Below are positions 1 to 10,928 of a stretch of DNA of 39,853 bases, piece by piece. The position numbers and the translations under genes were made by a program. Each line of letters opens with the position of its first letter. The stretch's first letter is position 1. Source of the DNA: an uncultured Nitrososphaerales archaeon (GTDB taxonomy: Archaea > Thermoproteota > Nitrososphaeria > Nitrososphaerales > Nitrososphaeraceae); assembly GCA_963709405.1 (NCBI GenBank), contig CAVPXM010000031.1:1-39853 (forward strand). The letters run 5' to 3'. Under the pieces are notes generated by a model, which did no database searches, was not told the origin of the DNA, and worked only from the letters and a program-made list of their open reading frames with translations.

Positions 1-219
1 ATTAACAGGGCACGAGTAACTATATCAGTGATTCCATTACTAAATTATACAGACGATAAATGGTAATAATTTATAGCATTGTAATGTTTTTATGAATTAC
101 GTAATTGTATAACAGTGAACATTTTAATTCTGATATATGTGCTGATACTGGAAGAAATTCGGATAAGTAAATAAATTATGCAACACAAAAGTAAAAGAGA
201 TGCCGAATCTAAGTCCAAT

Positions 220-367
220 TCAATTATCTAGCTCTTTGATCCTTCTGTTACTCCTTAGTCTCCTTCTCCAAATCATTTTTGTATTCTTTCAATAATGCTA
301 CGCGTTCCTCTTTGGTAAGAAAACTTCGCGTGCTACGTGAACTTGTTCCACAACAACCATATGTCAT
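220..367 (-). CDS. small DUF5320-like protein, frameshifted near the 3' end (not in ORF track)
   Basis: Manual translation MTYGCCGTSSRSTRSFLTKEERVALLKEYKNDLEKETK, continuing as (G)VTE(R)IKELDN* after two 1-nt restorations; SD AGGAGGTGA upstream; divergent from PadR. Confidence 0.6.
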
Positions 368-398
368 TCATGATTCACCTCCTATTTTGTTTCTGTGC

Positions 399-456
399 AT
401 ATCGGATATACGATATATCGTAATGGGCGTATTTATATATATCGGATACCCAATAC
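399..456. promoter_or_regulatory. putative PadR operator and divergent promoter
   Basis: Perfect palindrome ATATCG-N6-CGATAT at 399-416; imperfect second copy at 439-456; TTTATATA box at 432-439. Confidence 0.55.
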
Positions 457-468
457 ACTGTATAAGGG

Positions 469-777
469 ATGCCAAGGAAGAAAATAGCGGCTACTGTTGT
501 GACATGCGAGGCATGTTGGGATTTCTAATTCTTTTCCTTCTATCAAAAAAACCCATGCATGGACAGGAGATTGCTGAAGAGATTGCAAAAAGAAAAGGAG
601 AAAGACCTAGTCCAGGCACAATCTATCCTGCATTAAAGAGTCTTCGAGAAATGGGATTTATTATTGACGAGAAGAATGATGGTAAGATAATAGTTTACAG
701 TGACGCAGACCGGAAAAAATGCGCTGATGATCGCAAAAAGGCGATTTGTAAAAACCTTCCTTGGAGTATATCCTTAA
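469..777 (+). CDS. PadR-family transcriptional regulator, frameshifted
   Basis: CCDMRGMLGFLILFLLSKKPMHGQEIA...PSPGTIYPALKSL; the wing continues in another frame as TQTGKNALMIAKRRFVKTFLGVYP*. Confidence 0.85.
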
Positions 778-1414
778 GATTAGACTATGAAAATGACTAG
801 AACTCAATAGTTATTGATGTGCACATCCTTTCATTTCTCCTCTTAGTCTATGGAATTACAGATCCGCCACGTTTGCTGATTGGATCTTGTCAACCCTAAC
901 ATGACCTGGAAGTAATCTATTTCCATCATATCAACGTCTGCCTAGTATTTACATGACCTGACAAGATCCCGAGTCGAAATAATTATCTATCTCATCCTGC
1001 GATTCCCAGTAGTAATCCATTCACAAACTTCTCCATTTTCACTTGTTCAATTGAATAATTACCATATACCATTTCAAACACATTTCAAACACTATCATTG
1101 TGAGTTACTCAAAATCTTCAACTAGATTCGAATGCAGCTACTGAACTATGAACTGACACTCTTGAGATATAGAATTATGAACGGTCTGCACAAGAATTGT
1201 GTACATAATACGCGATTCGAATTCGAATAAGATAAATTAGACATTTGAAAGATTCGGTGTATGAATTGGAACATATATTACAACAAAACTATCATAATAA
1301 TATATGTTTTATATCTAATAATATAGATTTGCTATTATTACAATATTTGCTAGACAAAATATAATAATACTTAGTTAAAGTATAGGTATTATGAATCAGT
1401 AACCAGTAGTTAAA

Positions 1415-1982
1415 ATGGTGATGTACAAAGGCGCGTACTACGGAGCGATAGCGGGTTTTATTGCTACTTGGTCTATATCTACTACGATAGCTGTATCTGA
1501 ATTGGAAATAGGGTTACCTATGACTACGTTTTATTCTATTATTGGAATAGTCTTAGGTCTGAATAATTTTACATTAGCAGCATATGCTGGTTTTGGTCTT
1601 CACATTTTGACACGGACACTACTTAGAGCAATAGTTGGAGCATTTGCTACCAGATGGAAGCGAGTTAAGATAATTATTCCACAACAAGGTATGTTTATCG
1701 GAATAGTGGCAGGCGTTCTTATGTGGCTAGCATTGTTCCTTCCGATAACCGCTTTAGTAATTCAACCTTCTATTCCTCATATTGTTACCTTATTAGTTGG
1801 AGTTGAAAACTAACCACATGGTGTTGTCTGACGATATATATCAATCTACAAGAGGTATTGCAATTAGTGCAATACTCTTTCACATAATATGGGGAGCAAT
1901 ATCTGGATTTGCCATAAGTTCACTTCTACGAATTCGAGCATACAGAAATAAAACCTGGACAAGCATGTTGGATGAAAAGTAA
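1415..1982 (+). CDS. multi-pass membrane protein split by a frameshift (ORFs 1415-1813 and 1797-1982)
   Basis: Continuous hydrophobic helices (GAIAGFIATW, GFGLHIL, FHIIWGAISGF) across two overlapping ORFs. Confidence 0.65.
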
Positions 1983-2213
1983 GAAACCTATATACCTGTT
2001 ATTCCAATATTAAAAATATATCAATAGAGGACAATGTTGTAGTTTTGATTATTTGCAATAATAATTCGCTATAACAACCAATATTGAATTGATAATGTCT
2101 CTATAGTACAATATTTGATTCAAACAGTGATTCTGATAAACGATTGACTGATTAATTTTACAATCCGGGAAAGTTATAATTAATCCTCAGTAGTAAGAAC
2201 ACAATTAATTAGT

Positions 2214-2567
2214 ATGTATAAGCAAGTTATTATTGTTCGCAAGGATTTAGGAATGAGTTGTGGTAAGATTGCAGCGCAAGTTGCACACGCTGCAATTATG
2301 GCAATGGAAAGGGCTAGTAAATATGATATGCAGGGAGTGATAGATTGGAAAGAGGAAGATGGACAGATTAAGGTTATATTAAAGGTAAATAGTTACAGTG
2401 AACTAAACGATTATTTTATTAATATCATAAATGCAAATTTGCCTGTAGTAAAGATACATGACGCTGGCAGAACTCAGTTAGAGCCTGATACTGTTACCTG
2501 TATAGGTATAGGACCAGTGCCATCTGAAAGGATAGACCCAATTGTAAAAGATCTTAAGCTGTTATAA
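2214..2567 (+). CDS. pth2: peptidyl-tRNA hydrolase, archaeal type
   Basis: KQVIIVRKDLGMSCGKIAAQVAHA, KVILKV, DAGRTQLEPDTVTCIGIGP motifs; intact 117 aa. Confidence 0.95.
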   Translation: MYKQVIIVRKDLGMSCGKIAAQVAHAAIMAMERASKYDMQGVIDWKEEDGQIKVILKVNSYSELNDYFINIINANLPVVKIHDAGRTQLEPDTVTCIGIGPVPSERIDPIVKDLKLL

Positions 2568-2891
2568 TGATATATTACAGTTAGAGCAGATCGAAATTTC
2601 GATAGATACTTCCAGAGATCTATTTGCAGTTAATGAATTATTTACAAGCTAAGGTGACATATCCTCTATTATATACAAAAGATATCATAAACTTTAGTGG
2701 AGAAATATTTTCATATTTTAAAATATCCTCCTTCGAATCTAGATATTTAATTCTATACTAGTAGACTAACATAATATAACATAGCATCGTATGATCTGAA
2801 CAAACGAACCCGAAAGACCTATTCATATTAACTTTAATAGCTATTTTCAAATATTTAGATTTGGGTTGTTATGTGATTTATTCTATTTTCT

Positions 2892-3167
2892 TTAGATAAA
2901 ATCTCCTCCCTCTAACATTCTTTTATGTTTTATTTCGAATCGTTCTCCAGCATTCCTTTTGATTAAATCAATCTTATCTTTTGAGACACCTTGTCCTACA
3001 CATTCTTGTTCAACTACTAGTTCGAATTCGTGAAACGCATCCAAGAAGATCAATGGATCAATAATATGATGTTTCTTGGCATATTTGTCTATCCAATTTT
3101 GAAGAGTAACTATAATCTTGGTTACTTGTTCTTCATGTTCAGAAACCGGAGAATGTTCTTTGCCCAT
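2892..3167 (-). CDS. hypothetical protein
   Basis: 91 aa ATG ORF with protein-like composition; no recognised motif. Confidence 0.55.
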   Translation of the reverse strand: MGKEHSPVSEHEEQVTKIIVTLQNWIDKYAKKHHIIDPLIFLDAFHEFELVVEQECVGQGVSKDKIDLIKRNAGERFEIKHKRMLEGGDFI

Positions 3168-4151
3168 TGTTTTATTTTCTCTTTAGTCCAAGTTAATTAA
3201 TGTCTCTATTATCTTTAATCTTTTGAGGGATTATTGTTAGAAATTATTAATGATTATGAACTAAAAGATCGCTCTTCAGGCTAAAGTAATGATGACTGAA
3301 AATCAAATGGTTCTGATGGATAATTAATCATGCTATAGGGGGAATAGTAGAAAAATTGACTGTATAATATCTATTTGTCAAAATTTAAAATTCAATGAAT
3401 GAACTGGAGTAAGATACCATTTTTGAAGATAGCCAAGTTATTGTTAACTCACATCATTTGCCAGAATTGGATTAGCTGCATTTAACGGACAGACAATTCA
3501 ACACACCACAAATTTTTGAAATATATTCATTTTGAATAAGTATCTATAAAAAGCAGATATTTATGTAAAATGATATGAAATATGCATTTGTGGAGAAACT
3601 ATTACTTTCGAAAATCCTTTTTTCCTATCGCTCATTAGTATTTTAAAGTAAGATGAGGGTTTTTGAGTAACGTATCATATAATAAGTAGAATTTGACCTC
3701 ACCATCTAGATGTTACCTTGACATACTAGACTACAACATTTGGTTATGAATTCCCAAATTAATTTTCTTGGGATAGAAATAATCATTACATTGTTATTGG
3801 CTTAATTACAACACTAGTAGTGCCTTCAATATTGGATATACTGTATGTTAGATTAGTTTTTTATTTTGAATAGGTAGATGAGATAATTGATAATATCTTG
3901 TTATTAGTTTTAATAGAGTTAATCAGTTCATAGTTTTACGATGTTAAGGTTTAGAGAGGTTCTTGATAAACGGTCGATACACTTAGAAGAAAGCGATAAT
4001 TGCTATTATGAGTATTATCATAATAGTTGGAACTAAAGAGGCAGTTATGATTTGTAACAAAAATCAATTCTTTTTCTTATAAGTATTGAGTTCTAATAAC
4101 ATTAATATTAATATCATTTCTTAACCATCATAGTTACAACAGTGAATATCT

Positions 4152-4415
4152 ATGTCCAAGTCGACCTCTGATCGCGTGAAGGTAATCGTACAGGTAATAG
4201 AAATTGCCGAGAAAGTTACCAAGTATTTACCTATTATAGTATTTTCGTATGCAGGCCTGACCACTGTTTTTGCTGTTGTATGCTTACTTGAAAACTATAT
4301 AGTAGCAGGAATAGTCCTTTGCATATTCGCAGGGTTCGGTATATATCTTGCAATAAGGCTCTCTCTGGTAAGAATAAGATGGAAACGGAGCTGGCAAACA
4401 CAGAAAAATACATAA
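4152..4415 (+). CDS. small membrane protein
   Basis: Two hydrophobic segments followed by a basic C-terminus. Confidence 0.55.
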   Translation: MSKSTSDRVKVIVQVIEIAEKVTKYLPIIVFSYAGLTTVFAVVCLLENYIVAGIVLCIFAGFGIYLAIRLSLVRIRWKRSWQTQKNT

Positions 4416-4925
4416 CTAATATGGTGTGCTCATTAAACATTAGAGAATATAGCGTGTAAATTACAGGTAATTACATATGTGATTTCGTTTATAATGACCG
4501 TATTAAACTTTTGACATATTATTAGCCCCTATTAACTTAGCGGGATTATTGGTAGACATCGGTAGCCATCTCATGCTTGGATTAGTAGCAATCTTTCCTA
4601 CACAATTCCTTAAGTTAATACCACCTATTATTAATATCAAATGGACATATTTATACTAAAAGTTAAGTAAAGTAAAGTAAAGTGAGGATATTTAACAAGA
4701 GACGAATTGGATTTGCAATGTTGAATCGAGAGTGGGTTTGTTAGCCTGGCATGGACACCGTGGATTAATATTCGATTTTTCATCGTATTTTCATCTGTTT
4801 CCTCTCTTATTCCATTCATTCACAGTAATATATATGTCCTGTTTGAGATAGAGGTCCATCAAAGACCTTATCTGCACTCTACATACATGCAACAAACAAC
4901 CAAGTAATTTCATGTAACTATTTAT

Positions 4926-5336
4926 CTATAATCTTCTTAATTCATTTGCTAAACTTTTAATAGATTTGACAGCGTCCTTAAAAGCAATTATTATCTCCTT
5001 TAAATTTTGTTCCGACTTAGAATCTCTTTTATTTTTAACTGATAATGCCAAACTTTTAGTTTCATCCACAATACCAGTTTCGTTTACTCGTGTAGAGACG
5101 TTTCTGATCCTATCTCCAGCATGCTGCAATGCTTCAGAGGCAGTACGCATTCGTTCTAGATTAATTCGTTCTAGATTATTAACCATTTGAGGATCCTCTA
5201 TGGAATCAGTAATTTCTTGTACTATTGATGCAATTTCTTTGATCTTACGAAGTGATTCTATCATCCCTGGTGATCCGAATTCAGTGACAAGTCTCACACT
5301 ATCTGAAGATATTTCTTTAATATCCTTAAGCCTCAT
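4926..5336 (-). CDS. hypothetical alpha-helical/coiled-coil protein
   Basis: 136 aa ORF with amphipathic heptad-like pattern. Confidence 0.6.
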   Translation of the reverse strand: MRLKDIKEISSDSVRLVTEFGSPGMIESLRKIKEIASIVQEITDSIEDPQMVNNLERINLERMRTASEALQHAGDRIRNVSTRVNETGIVDETKSLALSVKNKRDSKSEQNLKEIIIAFKDAVKSIKSLANELRRL

Positions 5337-5625
5337 CTCTGGTGTTCAATAATTATGCATGGAAATAATTAAAGTTATTTTAGATCACGTAACAAATCTA
5401 TACATTTTGCTAGAAATCAATCGATACCACATAAGAAGCAAATCAACGAACCTTTATTTTTGCTTTTTTCGGCTACCGAATAATTCTAGACTCTTGTCCC
5501 ACATATCCACAGTAGCGTCATTTAAACCTTGATCGCTTTTTTGGCGATCATTTTTCTTTAAAGTACATATCATATACAAATGATTTATAGTAAGTTGATT
5601 TCATCAGTGAGCACTGCTTTCCGAA

Positions 5626-6778
5626 TCATCTGGATCGAGTTGAAGAATCTTGTTTCACAGCATCGCTTCCTACTTCTACCATTTGTTTTACCACCTTGCC
5701 TACTTGGAACGCCGCCTTGCTAACAATATTTTCTTTTTCTTCTCCTTTTTCACTCTCATTTTCTTGTTGGTTCGATTCAGAATTCTCCCATTCTGCCTTC
5801 GTCTTTTGATGGATCCCATATGGTAGTATCTTGTATTCACCATGGTTGAGCTCAATATACCATCCAAAACATGCTTTATCTTGGCCATACTCTTCCTCGA
5901 ACCATTTGGGAACCAACATGTCTGCTATCCATGCCCCAGTATTTACTACGTTATTCTGAATATCATTGTAAGGTCTATGAGTATGCCCAAAAATCAGAAT
6001 ATCATTCAGGTGCATCCCTAATAGTGGATACCTAGCTTTTGACTTGGCAAATTTATCTATTGCATCCATACCTTTTCGTTGTTCTGCCGGCTGCCAGGAA
6101 ATCAGTAATTTGAGGCTGTCCCTGCCTGAATATTCTATGAAACATTTCATGTAGATAGCTTGCGATATTTCCTTCCGTGTCATTCATTCTACACAGTTGA
6201 TCTGAAATTTTATCGTACTCGGAGAGTTTAAGATATGTTAGCTTCGAGATCACTTCAAGCTCATGTCCATGAACAAGAAAGAAGCTTTTGTCGTCACTTT
6301 TAATCCTAAAGTATTTGCCAATATTATAGCAATTAAAATCAGGATAATTTTGTGCTGCATCTAGGGTAATATGATCGTGATTACCAGGAAGATAATATAC
6401 GTCTTTACCAGGAAGATAATATACGTCTTTGAACTGGTTAATCAAGGACAGAACCTCGTCAGATTCTCTTGAATATATAGTATCGTGCTTTCTCCAAAAA
6501 TCCCAAAGATCGCCAAGGATAAATATCGAACGGTCTTTTGAAGTTCCGTTTGCAATATTGGTGGTAAGAAAATCTAGAAATGCTGTTACATTAGACTTTT
6601 CATACCCGAGATGCACATCAGATACTATTATAGCTTTATCTATATCAATAATGGTTGAATAATTCTTCTCAATGAAATTCGTTTTACCATAATTTAAATT
6701 GTCTATTTTCTTGGGAATCGGTTGATCATTGGTAGCAGTACTCTTACTCATAAAGTGGTCACTTTCCTTAGGATTCAT
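5626..6778 (-). CDS. calcineurin-like metallophosphoesterase (LpxH-like), frameshifted near 6080
   Basis: SDVHLG, GDLWD, GNHD, VHGH in ORF 6053-6778; FGHTH and NTGAW in ORF 5626-6183. Confidence 0.85.
6381..6428. repeat. perfect 24-bp tandem duplication inside the phosphoesterase gene
   Basis: ttaccaggaagataatatacgtct x2, encoding KDVYYLPG twice. Confidence 0.95.
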
Positions 6779-7351
6779 AGAACTAAGTTACTTATAACGC
6801 TTATAACAAGTAGCCTGTTCTCTGACCATAGATCCTCTAAAACCCTTAACATTGTAATTTGCTAGTGATATCTCTAAGGATATTGCGTGCGACTAACCAA
6901 CCAACAAGACCAATGACCAGTAACTCGGATTAGATCATGCTATGCCAGGTTAGACTAAATTGATAGATGAAATTCCTGTAGCCAAACTAAATGTAGAAAC
7001 GATCACTCTAGGATCAGGATCTGGAGACTTGGATTACAAGATAAATCAATAGCCGCTGCCACGGATTTTGCTTAAGGAATTTACGCACGTTATATCACAA
7101 GATACTCACAAGCCAAATCAGATGGGATGGACATAACATGCTGCGATCAGGAATTATGGTATTTTTGGATCCACCTACTTCTAATACGATCTTTTACCAC
7201 ATTAAAGTAACGCCGATAGGGTACCTCTCACTTCTGCTGCTAGTGTTTACTTCGTAGATATTACATATAATCTCGATATAGTCAATTAAGCATGATGATA
7301 GGACATACTATAATTAAATAATAGCCGACATTAAAATAATTCCTAACAATT

Positions 7352-7625
7352 ATGGCGGATTTAGTAGACAACAAATCGGATTCTGAAGCATACAAGAATT
7401 TCATACACACTCTGGATTCACCGGTATCACGAGAAGAGGTCTTCCCTTATTTTATGAAGTTTTGTCAGGTTACGAATTATGAAGATATGTTACTAATCGA
7501 CATAAAAAAGTTGGAGGGATTGATAAGGGATTATATCATATACTTAAAGCAGGTCAAGAAGGTAGCGCCTGCTACTGTATCGTGTTACGTAGCAGCACTC
7601 ACCCACTTTTATCAAATGAACGACC
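7352..7625 (+). pseudogene. tyrosine recombinase/integrase N-terminal (SAM-like) remnant
   Basis: AYKNFIHTLDS...FMKFC...LIRDYIIYLKQ...PATVSCYVAALTHFYQMND; similarity stops at MND and no catalytic domain follows. Confidence 0.7.
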
Positions 7626-7696
7626 CCCGCTTAAGTATATCGAAATACTACCTTCTAGCGCTAAACATATGAAAAAAGCAAGCGATCGTAACATTT

Positions 7697-7939
7697 CGGC
7701 TCAATGAATGCGTCGCACTAGACGCTAAAGGTTTCATAAAGACTGGTCCCGATCTATCGCCAGAGAATCTGACCGATGCACAGTGGCCTCTTACTCGTCA
7801 GCCATACTTGCTTGAAACCAGTTTGCCTGGTATTTTTGCGGTGGGTGATGTAAGGGGCGGCAGCATCAAGCGTGTTGCATCAGCAGTCGGCGAAGGATCA
7901 ATCGCAATCTCATTTATTCATAAAGTACTCCAGGAATAG
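7697..7939 (+). pseudogene. C-terminal fragment of a thioredoxin-reductase-like FAD oxidoreductase
   Basis: Manual translation LNECVALDAKGFIKTGPDL...PYLLETSLPGIFAVGDVRGGSIKRVASAVGEGSIAISFIHKVLQE*; no start codon. Confidence 0.85.
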
Positions 7940-8087
7940 CGTCTTTTGCTCTATTCATCTTCTTAGTATCAAGACGAAGTCTAGTCATATATCGTAGTGA
8001 TAGTGATCATAGTACTATCGACAAAATAGTAATTGCATAATGGCCCAGATGCAACAAGTATGAATCAGAACGAGAACGATATTTATT

Positions 8088-8643
8088 ATGAAAATTGGAG
8101 TATTAGGATCTGGAGATGCAGGTCGTAGGCTAGCTGATGGCTTTATTGAACTTGGACATACAGTCAAAATTGGATCACGCGACCCAAACCAAAAAAGGTA
8201 ACTGAATGGATTGCCAAGCATAACAAGAGAAATGTATCATCAGGGACATTTGCTGAGACAGCATCGTTTGGTGAATTAGATTTGCTTGCAGCTTTGTGGG
8301 CTGGAACTTCTAACGCTATAAAAATGGCCGATGCTAAGAATCTTGTTGGAAAAGCTGTGATTGATGTTACTAATCCTTGGGATTATACTGGAAGAATGTC
8401 ACCAAGACTAGCAGTAGGTTACACAGACTCAGCTGGCGAGATTGTTCAGCGTATGCTGCCGGATTCCAAAGTAATAAAACCGTTTAACATGGTCTGGAAT
8501 ATGCATTTGATACATCCAGATTTTCCTGGTGGTCCACCTACCATGTTTATATGTGGAAATGATGACGAAGCCAAAAAAATGTAGTAGATAATTTTCTCAC
8601 AAAATTTGGCTTGGAAACAATAGACATAGGAGGAATAGAGGGT
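8088..8643 (+). pseudogene. NADPH-dependent F420 reductase-like oxidoreductase, frameshifted and 3' truncated
   Basis: MKIGVLGSGDAG Rossmann motif, GSRDP, VIDVTNP, SAGEIVQ, KPFN, FICGNDDEAK, IDIGGIE; two frameshifts. Confidence 0.85.
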
Positions 8644-8644
8644 C

Positions 8645-8809
8645 AGCCTTTACAAAACGAAAATGATTGATGAACAGCAATGGTTATGGTTGGAAGCAAC
8701 CGCTAAATCAATGATTACAATTCCAAGGTTCAAAAAGGTATGGGATAATACAAAAGATAGTCGTTCACACAAGTTTGTCAAATTTATTGATTCAGTTAGT
8801 ACATCATAG
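8645..8809 (+). pseudogene. C-terminal remnant of an unrelated hypothetical protein
   Basis: Open frame LYKTKMIDEQQWLWLEATAKSMITIPRFKKVWDNTKDSRSHKFVKFIDSVSTS* directly abutting the truncated reductase. Confidence 0.45.
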
Positions 8810-9292
8810 AGAAAAAAAGGAAACTAACCAATAAACTTGACAAGCTCGGAGTTGACTCTCTAATGTTCTTCATTGAGATCACATTTGACGAGAACCCTAG
8901 TGAGTATTTCATGTATGCCATACACATTCTTCCAAACCAATTTGCAGTAAAAACTAATACTTTTGGATTATATACCTTGAGTCAAATAAATAATTATTTA
9001 ACGCCCATGCAGCCAAGAAACACCATTGTAAATATTTGGTAGAAAAATCAAAAAGTAGTTAGCATATTATGTCTTTCAATAATTAATTAAAATGTTTTTT
9101 TATAAATGTTTATCTGAGTTCGGAGATGTTTTATGACATGTTAAATCAGATATTGTTCTATACTTTATGCTGTATATTTATACGAACTCAATTTGTAGTG
9201 GCCGCCTCTACTATTGTCTCTAAATTCATTAGCATTGGCTGTAAGATCATTATTGTCATGATTCCCCTTTGTATTTCTATTTTCTATTGTTA

Positions 9293-10551
9293 TTAGTGGT
9301 CATGATCATGATCGTGATCCTTATCCTTACTCTCAGTTACACTTTTGGCAGCAATTTGATTTGAATAGAGGTGGTTCCTAGTTGAATCACTGCTAACTCG
9401 CAGGCCTGATTCATTAAATGAGCCTATGGTGTTGTTGTGTACAGAATTAGCAAACGATTTATTAAATAAATAAATCCCATTGTTACAACTGTCTACTTTA
9501 TTATTGTATATCTTGTTATCGTGCGACTGCGATATGAAAATGCATTTGGATTCATTATGTACAATATTATCTCTAGCTATTGAATTATACATGTTTCTAC
9601 TAAACATAATCCCTGAACCAGCGCTATTAAAAACAGTGTTATTTTCTATCGTTACATTGTAGCAATTAAGAGAACAGATAATGCCCATCGCTCCATGGTC
9701 ATGTACAGTATTATTCCTAATCACAATATTATGAGTTCCGGTATGAGGATCCAGTCCATACATGAAATTGTGGTGGATTATGTTATTCTCTATAAGTATG
9801 TTGCTTGCATTTACTGAGTAGAACCCAAATCGGTTATTATGAATCTCGTTGTTCTTAATTATGTTTAGATGATCCTAATTTGTATCTCCGTTCGGATTAG
9901 CATAATACTAATACCGGAACAGCCACCACCACATTCATATCCCAAATAAGCTATTTCCGAATTAGTGATATTAGTAGTACCTGTTGCTCCCTTATCAATC
10001 ATGATATAAGGTCTTGGAACAGCATCTATACCTGTGTGCTCATGTTCTTTATCTTGTAATATTTCAGGATCAAATTTGACATAGTCATTAGTATTTGGAT
10101 CCCACGACGTAACCTTGACTGAATCTATTAATAAGCTACCATGAACAATAATTGGATAGGCTATTTTTCGATCATCAAATATTTTCAGCCATTTGGTATC
10201 TTTTGGATCGATTACTAGTGTGGATCCTTTTTCTACAGTGATACCTGCATTTAGTAGCCATATATTGCTATTATTACTGTCGTTCAATTGACCCTCCTTA
10301 TTCAAAATAGTTCGATCGGCAAGCTGGTTATAAATATCTGACAAGTGAGCAAGTTTGCAAGTTAATTTAATTTCCTTTTCTCGAACATCATAACTAACAC
10401 ATCGTGAAGTTTCGTCGGAATCACTGATATCCAATGCTTCAGCATAGCTATAACTCTTGTATTGGATTGTCAGAAATGGTGATGAAAGTATTAATAGTAA
10501 TATCGTATTGACCGAATATAGGATTTTAGAGGTCGATCTTTGTTTATTCAA
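9293..10551 (-). CDS. secreted right-handed beta-helix protein, AlgG-like; disrupted by a frameshift and stop near 9870-9910
   Basis: N-terminal signal peptide; VTSWD, RPYI, NSEIAYLGY, GFYS, YGLDPH and repeated IxNNxV beta-helix turns. Confidence 0.8.
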
Positions 10552-10928
10552 TAGGAGTTACAGAATAAGTTGGAAAATATCCCTTCCGAAACTGTCTTAG
10601 TATAAAGTTATTCTATCAATATTTTCGCGGCTTTAGAATAAACTTGCGACATATCATTTGTTAAGATTCGACTAATCCTACTTAGGGCATGAGAACACTA
10701 CTATATGATCTATTGATAAAATTTGTGATTTCATAATTTGACTATACAAAGATTTAATATTATTATTATTATTATTAGTTTCTTACTTTGATTCCTACTA
10801 TCAAACCAGATAAAGATAAATGCGAGCAATAAATCAATGTCTTTAAAATCCAGTAGGGAATCTCCAGACTTTATTTCTACTCTTCTGGTTATAAAAGAAA
10901 AACATCTTCTTCTTCCTTGTTTGTTCCA

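Noticed and set aside
279-468. N-terminal part of the 173-aa ORF 279-800
   Set aside because: It overlaps the minus-strand small gene and the promoter/operator; the PadR homology starts near 470-505
1070-1091. 11-bp tandem repeat catttcaaaca x2, and the aagta run near 4660-4685
   Set aside because: Short slippage-type repeats expected in AT-rich intergenic DNA
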